Assembly: GCA_964016885.1 (NCBI GenBank)
Contig: OZ024744.1
Span: 57,908,001 to 57,972,000 of the forward strand
DNA length: 64,000 bases
Direction of reading: 5' to 3'
Origin: Eledone cirrhosa
Taxonomy: Eukaryota
Shown here in pieces: positions 39,120 through 52,350 of the stretch. The notes beneath the pieces were generated by a model that was not told the DNA's origin, ran no database searches, and was given only the letters and a program-made list of their open reading frames with translations. Position 1 is the first letter of the stretch. Each line of letters begins with the position of its first letter. The position numbers and the translations under genes were made by a program.

Positions 39120-39825
39120 ATCATCATCATCATCATCATTTTACATCCGCTTTTCCCTGCTTGCAAGGGTAGAACGGGTCCTATTCAGCACAGCATCTCT
39201 CCACTTGTCACGGTCCTTCGTCATCTCCACTGTGAGCTTCAGCGATCTGAGGTCTGCTCTCACCACCTCCGCCCATGTTTTTCGTGGTCTACCTCTACCA
39301 CGTCTTCCTCCAACTAGCATTTGCTGACACTTCTTCACCCATCGGTCATCCTCCATGTGCATCACATGTCCACACCACCTCAGTCTTCTCTCTCGCACAC
39401 TACATTCTATCACTCTCAGACACAGTTTCTCTCTCAACACATCCATGCTGGGTCGTTCACGCACATTGACATTGCACATCCAACGGAGCATGTTTGCCTC
39501 ATTTTTCTCCAGCCGTCGCATATCCTCTGCAGTTGCTGCCCATGTCTCATTACCATGCAGCACCGTACTCCTCACACAGGCATCATATAACCGGCCTTTC
39601 GTACGCAGGGAGAAACCCTTCTTCGTCAGCAGAGGAAGCAGCTCCCTAAACTTCTTCCAACCCGTCCTTATTCTAGATACTATGGCCTCGGAACACCCCC
39701 CTCCCTCCCTTGCTAATCTGATCTCCTAGGTACCGGAAGCTATCCACTACTTCTATAGCGCCCTCCTGCATTTGAAAAGTGTGTCTATCAATGCGACTTC
39801 TACTGTCTAATTTCCCTGTACATCT
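39120..39825 (-). mobile_element. RTE family B LINE 3' fragment
   Basis: LHGNETW, RRLRWCGHV, GRGRPRKTW, DRDKWR; (GAT)n tail. Confidence 0.9.
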
Positions 39826-39830
39826 ACATA

Positions 39831-39921
<91 letters not shown>

Positions 39922-40142
39922 AGTTAAGTTAAAAATGTACATCCACATATGTATACTGAAATACTAGTATGCATATGAATACACACACGTATACATATGT
40001 AGATGTACCGAGTTTTTCACTGGTCACTTTACTGTGAGTGTCCAGCTATTCTGTATGTAAACACACAGACAAACCGGTTTTTAGAGTCATACTGGTTTTT
40101 GAGGAAACACCTTTCCTCTATTCTCCAGAAAGCCAGACAAGG

Positions 40143-40187
40143 AATATTGAACTAGTTTCGTTGTTGTTACAACTCATCAGCAATATT
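40143..40187 (-). ncRNA. Type I hammerhead ribozyme (H1), inverted copy
   Basis: Exact reverse complement of 40573-40617. Confidence 0.85.
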
Positions 40188-40572
40188 TACCTATCTTCCG
40201 GCCTTTCTAGAGAATCGTAAAAGCACATATCGTTATATGCTTTTTCTATGAAAATTAGTAGTGGGCAGACTAATTTGCATAGAGCGTGAGTACGTACCGG
40301 TTCAACGGAGACGATAAAAACAAATAACGAAACGAAATTAAATTTCGTTTCGTTTGTAACTCACTTTTGTATGACTGACGCTTAAACAATTAAGTTAAAA
40401 ATGTACATCCACATATGTATACTGAAATACTAGTTATTTGTTTTATCGTCTCCGTTGAACCGGTACGTACTCACGCTCTATGCAAATTAGTCTGCCCACT
40501 ACTAATTTTCATAGAAAAAGCATATAACGATATGTGCTTTTACGATTCTCTAGAAAGGCCGGAAGATAGGTA

Positions 40573-40617
40573 AATATTGCTGATGAGTTGTAACAACAAC
40601 GAAACTAGTTCAATATT
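40573..40617 (+). ncRNA. Type I hammerhead ribozyme (H1)
   Basis: AATATTG-CTGATGA-GTTG taacaa CAAC-GAAA-CTAG-TT-CAATATT; complete core, palindromic stem III ACTAGT, predicted cleavage after 40610. Confidence 0.88.
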
Positions 40618-41038
40618 CCTTGTCTGGCTTTCTAGAGAATAGAGGAAAGGTGTTTCCTCAAAAACCAGTATGACTCTAAAAACCGGTTTGTCTGTGTGTT
40701 TACATACAGAATAGCTGGACACTCACAGTAAAGTGACCAGTGAAAAACTCGGTACATCTACATATGTATACGTGTGTGTATTCATATGCATACTAGTATT
40801 TCAGTATACATATGTGGATGTACATTTTTAACTTAATTGTTTAAGCGTCAGTCATACAAAAGTGAGTTACAAACGAAACGAAATTTAATTTCGTTTCGTT
40901 ATTTGTTTTTATCGTCTCCGTTGAACCGGTACGTACTCACGCTCTATGCAAATTAGTCTGCCCACTACTAATTTTCATAGAAAAAGCATATAACGATATG
41001 TGCTTTTACGATTCTCTAGAAAGGCCGGAAGATAGGTA

Positions 41039-41083
41039 AATATTGCTGATGAGTTGTAACAACAACGAAACTAGTTCAATATT
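41039..41083 (+). ncRNA. Type I hammerhead ribozyme (H1)
   Basis: Identical to 40573-40617. Confidence 0.88.
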
Positions 41084-41504
41084 CCTTGTCTGGCTTTCTA
41101 GAGAATAGAGGAAAGGTGTTTCCTCAAAAACCAGTATGACTCTAAAAACCGGTTTGTCTGTGTGTTTACATACAGAATAGCTGGACACTCACAGTAAAGT
41201 GACCAGTGAAAAACTCGGTACATCTACATATGTATACGTGTGTGTATTCATATGCATACTAGTATTTCAGTATACATATGTGGATGTACATTTTTAACTT
41301 AATTGTTTAAGCGTCAGTCATACAAAAGTGAGTTACAAACGAAACGAAATTTAATTTCGTTTCGTTATTTGTTTTTATCGTCTCCGTTGAACCGGTACGT
41401 ACTCACGCTCTATGCAAATTAGTCTGCCCACTACTAATTTTCATAGAAAAAGCATATAACGATATGTGCTTTTACGATTCTCTAGAAAGGCCGGAAGATA
41501 GGTA

Positions 41505-41549
41505 AATATTGCTGATGAGTTGTAACAACAACGAAACTAGTTCAATATT
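41505..41549 (+). ncRNA. Type I hammerhead ribozyme (H1)
   Basis: Identical to 40573-40617. Confidence 0.88.
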
Positions 41550-41837
41550 CCTTGTCTGGCTTTCTAGAGAATAGAGGAAAGGTGTTTCCTCAAAAACCAG
41601 TATGACTCTAAAAACCGGTTTGTCTGTGTGTTTACATACAGAATAGCTGGACACTCACAGTAAAGTGACCAGTGAAAAACTCGGTACATCTACATATGTA
41701 TACGTGTGTGTATTCATATGCATACTAGTATTTCAGTATACATATGTGGATGTACATTTTTAACTTAATTGTTTAAGCGTCAGTCATACAAAAGTGAGTT
41801 ACAAACGAAACGAAATTTAATTTCGTTTCGTTATTTG

Positions 41838-41903
<66 letters not shown>

Positions 41904-42131
41904 ATTGTTTCTACTTTTGGCACAAGGCCAGCAATTACCCAGTGCATTACTGGTACTTTATTTTATCGACTCCGTAAGGATAAAAGGTAAAGTTAACCTT
42001 GGGGGGATTTGAACTCAGAAAGGCAAGGGCCGTAACTCTATGCATCAAAGCATAGCGTTCCGACCCTCTACCGATACTGCCAATCCACCGTATATATATA
42101 TGTATATATAATGGCAGTAGTTGTGGTTTAC

Positions 42132-42311
<180 letters not shown>

Positions 42312-43135
42312 GTAGTTGTGGTTGCAGATATATATATATATATAGCGGACATAAAATGATGATGATGATGATGATATATGTATAGAAATTTCGTATTTCT
42401 AAAGAAATACGGCTTCATATATATATATATGGCAGTAGTTGTGGTTGCAGATTGTTGTTATGGTGGTGTTGGTGGTGGTGGTGGCACAGGGTGGCAATTG
42501 TGTTGGTGGTGGGTGGTAGAGCAAATATCTCAACAGTTTACATAAATACTGTCAGTTAGTCACCTAGATTAAAAGAAGGCCAAATGTAAGAGAGGCAGAA
42601 TAAAATAAATTATGGGGAAAAAAAACAAAAAGGATGGAAGTAATGGAAGTGTTAAGATAAAGAAAGAATAAAATTAACAAAACAAATAAAATGACTGCAA
42701 ATAATAGTAAGAGGGGGGGGACTGGGGGGGGGGGGTTAGAAGCATAAAGGCCAGGGTTGACTTTGTTGGAGGTTAAAGATAGGAAAATTAGATGAGATTG
42801 AGATTTCTGTTGTGTGTTTAAAGGCTTTCAGTGGTTTCTCTTGAGTTTCTTTAGTGAAGGCACATGGCTTGGTATTTATGGTATTGGGCTCATAATCGTA
42901 AGATTGTGAGTTCAATGCCTGGGCCTGGCATTGTGTTGGGTTTATAATCTTAAAGTTGTGGTGGTAGTGGTGGTGGTGGTGGTGGTGGTGGTGGTAGTGG
43001 TGGTGGTGGTGGTGGTGGTGGTGATGGTGGTGAAAGCATTGTTGAGGCCTGTATTGTGAGCATACTTATTGGCCCCCTATGTATAGTTGATTCAGAAAGG
43101 GAGAGAGAGAAAGAGAGAGAGAGAGAGAGAAAGAA

Positions 43136-43172
<37 letters not shown>

Positions 43173-43645
43173 AAGAGAGGTAGGGGGGAGATAAAGGGAG
43201 AAAGAGAGACAGAGAGTACTTGATTGGTACTTCATTTATCAACACTGAAACGATGGAAGGTAAAATTGGCCTCGGCCACAGTTGAACTCAGAGCACAGCA
43301 AACTAGGAGACCATGAAGCCTTCGATTCAACATGGTTAACAACTCTACTAATTCACCAGCTTTCAGCTGAGTAAAATAGAGCAATGTGAAATGAAGTGCC
43401 TTGCTCCAGGACACAACATGTCACCCAGTCAGAGAATTGAACTTGTGAGCTTATGATTGTGAGCCCAACACCATAACAATCTGGCCACATACCTTGACAA
43501 CACTCATATAAAGGGGTAGAAAAGGATGGGGATGAAGGATACTGGACAGTTGAGTAAATTGAGAAGTAATTTATCTTTATCTTGATATAAACTGAAACTA
43601 TATAGAAGTCTTCTTCTTCTTCTTCTTCTTCTTCTTCTTCTTCTT

Positions 43646-43676
<31 letters not shown>

Positions 43677-44473
43677 TCTTTCTGCTCCTCCTCCTCCTCC
43701 TCCTTCCTCTTATTCCTGAAAGGGTCGTGGGGGAAGAGTCCTCAAACACTCCTTCCAGCAGGTCCTGTCAGAAGCAAACGTCTCCAACTGATCCGGATGA
43801 ATCCCCAAGCAAGACCAGCCAAACTCATGGATGTTATCCAACCATCTTGCTCAGGGTCTACCCCTGAGTCTCCTGCCAGCTGGTTTTGCCCATAAAATCT
43901 GTCCAGTGATTCTTTCCTGAAACATTCTAACCACATGTCCATAGTATCAGAGCTGTAATCTATCAATTTGGAGAAGTAGCGGCTCTACTTGGAGTGATTC
44001 TCTGATCTCTGAGCTACGCACTTTATCAAGTAACGTTACTCTAAAGACTCTTTGGAGGAACCCCATTTCAGGTGTATTTACAATCGTATTCTTTTGGTCT
44101 CTACCCAGGATTTATGACCATTGGTAAGGGTTGGCAAGGAAAACTGAATTGAAGATATGGAAGTCTGTTAGATGAATTAAACCTATAATTCAAAGAACCA
44201 GCCTTATTACACACTGTGACATGGTGATTCCGCTTAAGGGTCACATTAGAGGATCAAGTGTCTGTGGAATACTCAACCACTCACACACAAATTTAATAAT
44301 GAGTAGCAGAATTGGCACCTGGGTATTTAATGCACTATGCTAGCTCTATAATGTGTCCCCTTTTCTCCCAGTTAAGCACCCCCATTCTCTGAAGAACCTA
44401 GTTTTTGAAACTTCTTGCTTGAAACACACTAAGAAAATTACTAAGCCTGCATTTCCTCCTACACAGCTCAGAC

Positions 44474-44546
44474 TCACCCACACCAAATCATGTGGCAGGT
44501 CATAACACCATACAACCCTATTCACTGTTTTGGATATTCCAACAAT
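44474..44546 (-). CDS. Candidate 73-bp internal exon of an unidentified host gene
   Basis: tgcatAG | T ATC ATT GTT...GTG TGG | GTGAGT; open frame IIVGISKTVNRVVWCYDLPHDLVW in unique sequence; weak polypyrimidine tract. Confidence 0.35.
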
Positions 44547-44650
44547 GATACTATGCAGTAACAATGTTTAGTGATTTAATTATTGATCACAGAAAATTAT
44601 TGGATATCTAATTTATTTATATATATTTGTATAAAACTGTGATTTTTTAA

Positions 44651-44800
44651 AGGTTCAGTAATAAGCTTCTTTCATGCCTGGGTCATTACCCTTCATCAGG
44701 ACTGTATACCTCTGCCAGTCTGTTGAACAGTTGAAAATATATAGTATTTTCTTAAGTACACATCAGCTGAGTAGCCTCATTTGCATACCAGGTGAGTTAC
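44651..44800 (-). mobile_element. Diverged H2-family relic with a degenerate hammerhead (44651-44711)
   Basis: Minus strand: cagtc-CTGATGA-aGGGT aatg ACCC-aggcat-GAAA-gaagcttat-t-actg; upstream sequence resembles 3858-3945. Confidence 0.6.
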
Positions 44801-45087
44801 GGCTGGCCTTGCCGAATATTAGAAATAAAATAAAAATGTTGTTTCTCACCCTAGCACAGCTAACACATAAATGTAAGTATACATACGTACACATACACAT
44901 ATATATATATACAAACATATATATATACATACACACACATATATACATATACATATGTACGTATGGGTTATATCGAACGATAAGAATAATTTTTTATTCG
45001 TTTGTAACTGATTGTTCCTCAAAGCCAGTGTTGAACAAATAGGTGATGATCGGTCACTGGCACAGCACAGCTTCAAATAGGGCCGTT

Positions 45088-45128
<41 letters not shown>

Positions 45129-46309
45129 GTATATATATATATGTGTGTGCATACTTACATTTATATATATATATCATTTAACATTTCAAATACCCTGCTA
45201 GCATGTGTATGCATGCATATATTAACTCATATATCAGTATTACACAATATTTATTTATACTAGATCGGTGGTTAGTGACTTAAGAGTGGAAGCTAAGTGC
45301 ATACAGAAATCTAACAGACTGGAAAAGAAGAATATAGAAACTTAGAGACATCAAACAGTCAGAGGTTTAGCGGCATACTAGATGAAGCCCTTGACAAGGA
45401 GAACAAGGAATTATGGACATATAACATAAAGGAAAATTAAAAACTCCTACAAGACAATCTACTGAGGGACACGGATGGGGCCCTGGGCTTGGAGCAAGGT
45501 ACTAGCTTGATGGAAAGTTATTGGTGGTGGAACGTACAAAATATAGAAACACAATAGTTAAGGATTTTTGCCTATTTCTCAGATATGAAATTAGGGTGTT
45601 GGCTTATATTAGAGTATACATGGTAAATTTTTCCAACATAATTTTATAGAAGAACCTTTGTTACAAATATCACCTTTGTAAAGAAATAATGATTTTAGTA
45701 AATACATTCAAATTCTATAGTAATTAATTCAAATACAGTGAATTTCATTAGAAATATGCAAACAAAAGAGTTAAATTTCCTATCTTATAGGTGATGTAGA
45801 ATAAACACCACTGGGCTTTAAAGGAAAAAGAAAATTCAATGAAACACACCTTGGAGTATTGATTGAACTGAGGGACAAAATTAGATACATTCAAATCTTA
45901 ACCTCAACTTAAATCAACCTATAAAAGAGTTCTCTAGTTCCAGGAAAAAGATATATATATATAAGTGTCTGTATATATATATATATATATAACATTAAAT
46001 GATGATGATGATATATATGATTTGAAAAGCCTATTTAAAATAATACAAATTGTGCATGTAGGAAATTTCATTAATTTTTGTTTTAGAAGCTATCAAATCA
46101 GAGTTCAAGAGGTCAAGAGATAAAGTAATGTTGTACCCTTTCCTTAAATGTCAGCTGATGCCTCATCAAATAAATGACTTACTAAAAAGTAAACACACAC
46201 ACAGAGTAGGGGTTGGCAGATAGAAATTATGTAAAGTTGGCATCACATTCATAACCAACAGAAAAAATATATATGCTGACAAGGAACAACAGCAAGTAGC
46301 TAGAAGAGA

Positions 46310-48280
46310 GGCTAGACGTCATGTTTATTTAACAAGTGGTCAGAGTGGAGAGACAGAAAGTAAGAAGTTTGCCGAAGTTCTCAGCTTAAGGATTAGAAGC
46401 ACAAAATGTTCCATATTGCAAGACAGTGTAGAAAAGAGAACCAAGATGCTATGGGAGAGAAGTGCGTATGGCACATTTACCTTTACTGACACCAATAAGA
46501 AAGTGTTATTACGCGAGGTTGTTGAATGGGGAGAGTGAGGGCTTACCATAAGTAGACACAACTGAGAGACTAACTGTAAAAGTTGACAGTAGAATGATAG
46601 ATGAAGTGATTAAGGATAGGAAGTTAGGGAACATATAGAATTTCTGCCTATTTATTTTTCTGAATATTTGCCTGACACTAAATGAATCCTAAACCCCTTC
46701 CTACTTACTAACACCTTGGTCTTCCTTACATTTACTCTAAGGTATTTTGATTCCTGGTCTTGTTTCTAAGCCTGGAATTTTCTTTATGGCTGCCCTTATG
46801 TTTCAGCTATGAAAAGTAGATTATCTACATACAGGAGTTCATAAAGACAACCAATCTTAAACTCCTCTGATATGAGTTATAAAATCATAATAAATAACAG
46901 GTGACAGATGGTTGAGCCTTGGTTCACCACTATACACATTCTTGACACTCACCTTACTGACCCCCCCCCCCCCCCTCATATATTGCTGGTACAGCCATAA
47001 CAAACCATTCATCTACTTTTAGCTTCTTTAGTGACCCCTCCCACAGAGTGTTGGACCCTGTCAAAGGCCTTCTACAGATTCGTAAATGCTAAGTATAGAG
47101 TCTTTTTCTTAGCTAAGTTCTCCTCCTGTAGTTTCCTCCTTAAGAAGATGACACAAATACAAACTATGTCTCATCTACTTTAAATATATGTCTGATCAAT
47201 TTTGCTATAACCCTTTCAGTAACTCTCATAATCTAGACCAGCAGTTTGATGCTTCAGTAACTACTTCACTCTGGTACATCCCCTTTGCTCTTTAACAGTT
47301 GACAATGAAGCTGCTACACCAGTCATAGGCCATGTTTGCCTCCCTTTATTACCTGATTAATAATTGTTTCTACTTTTTGGCACAAGGCCAGCAATTATCC
47401 CAGTGTATTACTGGTACTTTATTTTATCGACCCCGTAAGGATGAAAGGCAAAGTTAACCTCGGCGGTAATAATGCGAGTGATTTATTCAATTCCTACTTC
47501 ACCAGATGCTTTAAACATCTCAGCAACAATTACAAGTTGACCAGCTGCTTTCCCTGTTCTTAATTGCTTGAGAGACTATACCACTGTCGACTTTAATGAA
47601 GGTCCTTCTTTTGGATCTATCTGTAGTAGACTCTCTAACCAATACATTTGCCACATTCAACAGCATCTCATAGTAGCACCTCCATCCCTCTTTATTTTCA
47701 GCATTGGTACAAGCAAGTGTACCAATATCTTTCTATATACACTTCTTTCCAACAGCATCTTGGTTTTCCAGAACACCTGACAAGGAGAGCTGCTACTTTT
47801 CCATATCAAGATATCACAACTTCTGAATCTTAACTTGTCTTCTATGTTATATGTCTCTACCTACATCTCACTACTGCCATATGTGTCAATTACAACTTCT
47901 CTGAATTGATGACCAATTGAGACCTTTCAACATCCATATCTCCTTTTCCATATTATCTCATATCTCATATCTTTAGGTCCATGTTGCTATACAGTTACTA
48001 ACCACTGGCTTATCTTGGGTGGTACATTCTTCATCAAGGAGAGACATGGCATTTACAGCCATTTGACTGTCTTGTCTTCTGAGGAGAATAAAGTCTATCG
48101 GGCTTGTATGTCTACCTGATTTATAGGTTAATCAAGTGGCTGGCTCGTTTTCTCAAATATGTGTTTTAGATTGTCAGATCATTTGTACCACAAAACTCTA
48201 GAGGCCTGGTTCCCTATTTATTCCTAACACCAATGCTATAATCTTTGTGTTTATCTTAGAAGCCATCCTGGACCTTACCA
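46310..48280. mobile_element. Highly decayed RTE fragments (46310-46560 plus strand; 46740-48280 minus strand)
   Basis: ARREARR..GEKCV on the plus strand; LQEEN..LYLAF..KAFDRV and ELLYVDN on the minus strand. Confidence 0.6.
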
Positions 48281-48484
48281 ATATATCTGTTAAAATCTCC
48301 AGCCATAATAATGAGGTTACAATCATTCGGTGTTGGGTAGTCAGCAAAAGGGTCACATAAAAGTGGTCCCTCTTTTCATAAGTTTATCCTGATTTTGATG
48401 CATAGAAACAAGTTTTGCTGTTGTGTTGCCTATAACTAACCTGAGCTGAAATATTCTATCTACCTCAATAAACTTGTCAATCCA

Positions 48485-48576
<92 letters not shown>

Positions 48577-48948
48577 TCTCTCCCTCTCTCTCTTTCTCCC
48601 TCTCCCTCTCTCTCTCACTGCGTGTGTTGTGTCGGATCTCCATCAGTTCTGGTGACAGGCATTCCAGTACTTTCAACATTGGAACAACCTACTCCAGAAA
48701 TGAACATGTAAGTAGCTGAACATTCCACAGATACATGCACCTTTAATGTAGTTCTCAGGGAGATTCAGGTTGACAAACTGTGGAACAAGGCTGGCCTTTT
48801 GAATTATAAATGCAACACACTTTGGCCAGCTGAGTGAAAATAAAGTGTCTTGCTGATGGACATAATATGCGGCCAGGAATCAAACTCACACCTGTATTAT
48901 CATGAGCCAAACACCCTATTCACTAAGCTATGCACTTCATTATATGCT

Positions 48949-49057
<109 letters not shown>

Positions 49058-49437
49058 ATGTGTGTGGTGGGTTGTTAAGGAATGCTTGTAAAGATACTTT
49101 TGATGTCAAATAAACTTGAGAAACCATCAGGCATGACTACTTAAGAATTTCTAAGAATTCTAATGAGTAACTTCTTATCTCATATTTAGATGAGATGTAG
49201 TTTAATTAAATGATTTAACTGTTTGGGCATGCACGTACATACATATACAAACAAACAAATAAACATACATACATATATGCATATACACATTCACACACAC
49301 TTACATACATATATATACACATATATACATGCATACATGCATACATACATGCATACATACATACATACATACATACATACATACATACATACATACATAC
49401 ATACATACATACATACATACATACATACATAGATATA

Positions 49438-52350
49438 TATGTTATATGTTTCAGCTGTCACATTGCTAGCATATAACACACATCTAAAACCACGCAATCA
49501 AGATACAAACAGAAAGCCTGAACCAACGTGGATGCGAAATTTAAAAACCAAAACTTTGTCCCTGAGACGAAGTATCTCACACATCGCAGTCGTTATGAAA
49601 TGCAACATAGAGAGCAACTTCACACAACACCAGGAAGACCTAAAGAAAAAGTTAGAGAGACGATTTGGAGATACAAAATTTAAAACTTTGAACTCCAAAT
49701 TACACCAGTTGAAACAACAACTCACAGCTACAACAGAAAGACTAAAATATAAGTCAACAGCACATAAAGGACAAGTGCTAAATAGATTGTTTGCCAGAGA
49801 TCCTAAATCAGTTTATCGCAGCTTCGGTGGCAAAAGCTCAATCCCTGTAAATGACACCCCTTCAAAAGAACAGGTTGAGAGCTACTGGAGATCTGTATGG
49901 GAAACGGATGACGGATTCAACAGACAAGCTAATTGGCTAAAAGAACTGGAACAGGACTACTGCCAACATGTCCAGACAAAACAATATGACATAGATGGGT
50001 CAATACTGGAAACAGCTCTACAGAAAATGTCGAATAGGAAATCGCCAGGCCCAGACCTCATTACAGGATACTGGTTGAAGAATTTCACTTTCTATCGGCA
50101 AGATCTCATACGGCTGTTTACAGAAACCATTAAGGGCACACAAGAACTGCCCAGATGGTTATCAACTGCCACTACTCTCCTCATTCCCAAAAATAGCCAA
50201 ACCACCCTTGCTAAAAATTACCGCCCAATTGCCTGCCAAAACATCATGTATAAATTATATACTGGGTGCCTTAACCTGTTCTTACAGGATCACTGTGCTA
50301 CCAACAACATCATAACACCTGAGCAAGCTGGTGGAAAGAGGGGGGTGTGGGGTTGCATAGATCACCTACTAACTAACAAAATGATTCAGGAAAAAACAAC
50401 AAAGAATCGCAGAAACATGACTGTCGTGTGGCTGGACTATCAAAAAACATTTGATAGTGTATCTCATGGGTGGATTATTAAGGCTTTACAGTTAGCTAAA
50501 GTCCCACAACCATTGGTAGCTGCTGTTGAACGCCTGACCAAGAACTGGTACACCAATTTGATCATTAGAGGTGAGAAGGAGCAGGTTAAGACTGATAAGA
50601 TACATTACCAGAAGGGCATCTTTCAGGGTGATAGCTTGTCAGTGCTACTCTTCGTTCTCTCACTGAATCCACTATCTTACCTACTCAGGAAACAAGGTGG
50701 ACAAAGAAGTGGGCCCAGAAGTATCTCCCATCTTTTCTTTGTTGATGACTTGAAGTTGTATGGGCCAAATATCAATGACATCAAGAAACAATTGGACCTC
50801 ATTACACAATTTTCAACCGACATCAAAATGAAATTTGGTGAGACCAAGTGTGCATATTTGGCAGTAAAACGTGGAAGAGCTGTGCCCTCCTCTAGAAATC
50901 TAGAGATGAACGGCCTGACAATACAACCTCTGCAGTCAGGTGACAACTACAGATATCTTGGACAGGATGAGAATGTCAGATATGATGGACCCATAAATAA
51001 GGAGAGAACCAGAACTGAATACCTCAGAAGAGTAAAGAAAATATGGTCATCAGAACTGTCAGCATACAACAAATACATTGTCCACAATACTTATGCTGTG
51101 CCAATTCTAACGCCAACATTTGGCCTACTGAACTGGTCATTGCAAGAACTAAGTGAGATGGATGTTAGAACTCGCAAACTTCTCAGTGTTACTGGGAACT
51201 TTAACATCAATGGTGATGTGGATAGGCTATACTTCTCACGTAAGGAAGGTGGCCGGGGTCTAAAATCAATATTAACAACATATGAGACCCGGATAGTAAC
51301 ACTGAAGTAACACCTTCAACAGAGGAAAAAGGTTGGCAACCATCTTGCCCAGGTTTATGAGCATGAAAAAAGAAATATCATTAGAATAGCGACTGATCTG
51401 GAGGAGAGATATGGAATAAAGCCTGATATAAATCTCTCACCCAGAGAAATCGGAAGATCCTATTCAATGTTCAAACAAGATAAAAAAATTGACCAATTTA
51501 CAGAAAAAGTTGTGCATGGATACTTGAGGCGTAAAACACAGACCATAGAGGGAATAAACCACTCAAAAAGCCTGGCATGGAGTTCCGACAAGTTTATGAC
51601 ATCACACCTTGCGGGATATCTCTATGCAATACAGGAACAAGAACTCCCTACCAAATATCTGCTGCACAAAAGAGGAGGACCAGCAGCTGACAATAAATGT
51701 AGGCTATGTAAAACAAAGATCAAGGATGTAAGCCACATTGTTGCCAGCTGCGAAAGAATGTCATCTCGCTACTACCTCCCCATGAGACACGATGGGATAG
51801 CTAGAACCATCTGGAACGCACTTCGGAAAACAAAATTAACAACAAACGAGGAAGAATATATTGAGACAGATGGCACTAAGGAATACTGGTGGAACCTGAA
51901 AATAAAAACTGCCACCAAATTAAAGCACAACCGGCCTGATATTGTAGTTTGGGACCACACATTGAAAACGTGTTCTGTTGTGGAGATCAGCTGCCCACTT
52001 GATGTAAACGTTGTCAGAAAAATACAGGAGAAGGAGGACATCTACGGACCATTGGTGAGGAGTTTACAAATCCAGTATCCAAGATATACCTTCTGCTTCA
52101 TACCCATCATTATTGGTGCTATGGGTTATATACCAACCCGCTTGGACCAAAGTTTTACTGAACTTGGAATTGCGGACAAAAAGCGCAGCTCCCTAATTCA
52201 TAGTCTACAAATGGCTGCGATAGCTGGCACCTTCAAAATTTGTAAAACATTCTTGCGATTCAAGGGATGACAATTTCTTTTCTTTTACAACCTTGCCACC
52301 AGGAAGGTGGCCGGTCAAAAAAATATACTCGAAATTAAGAGAAAGAGAAA
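49438..52350 (+). mobile_element. Second RLE LINE family (R4-like), 5'-truncated, in (CATA)n
   Basis: ORFs 49439-51310 and 51467-52270 are in the same frame, split by one TAA; KSPGPD, NYRPIAC, GIFQGDSLS, FVDDLKL, CRLC..HIVASC, RHD, NRPDIVV..EISCP. Confidence 0.93.

Larger units (their letters stand above)
39918..41844 (+). mobile_element. 466-bp hammerhead-containing tandem array (candidate non-LTR retrozyme): about 1.1 inverted units plus 3 direct units
   Basis: 466-bp period (identical ORFs at 40540, 41006, 41472); inverted arm 39918-40433; (TA)n on both flanks; one hammerhead per unit. Confidence 0.85.

Noticed and set aside
40365-40410. Second, opposite-polarity ribozyme in the 466-bp unit
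   Set aside because: Reads CTGACGC with no downstream GAAA, so it is not a hammerhead core
40038-41654. 60-aa ORF repeated in each 466-bp unit
   Set aside because: GTG start, antisense to the ribozyme, no recognisable motif; recurs only because the unit is repeated
42380-42420. Small palindrome followed by GAAA on the minus strand
   Set aside because: Only about 40 bp between TA runs and the CUGANGA box is incomplete
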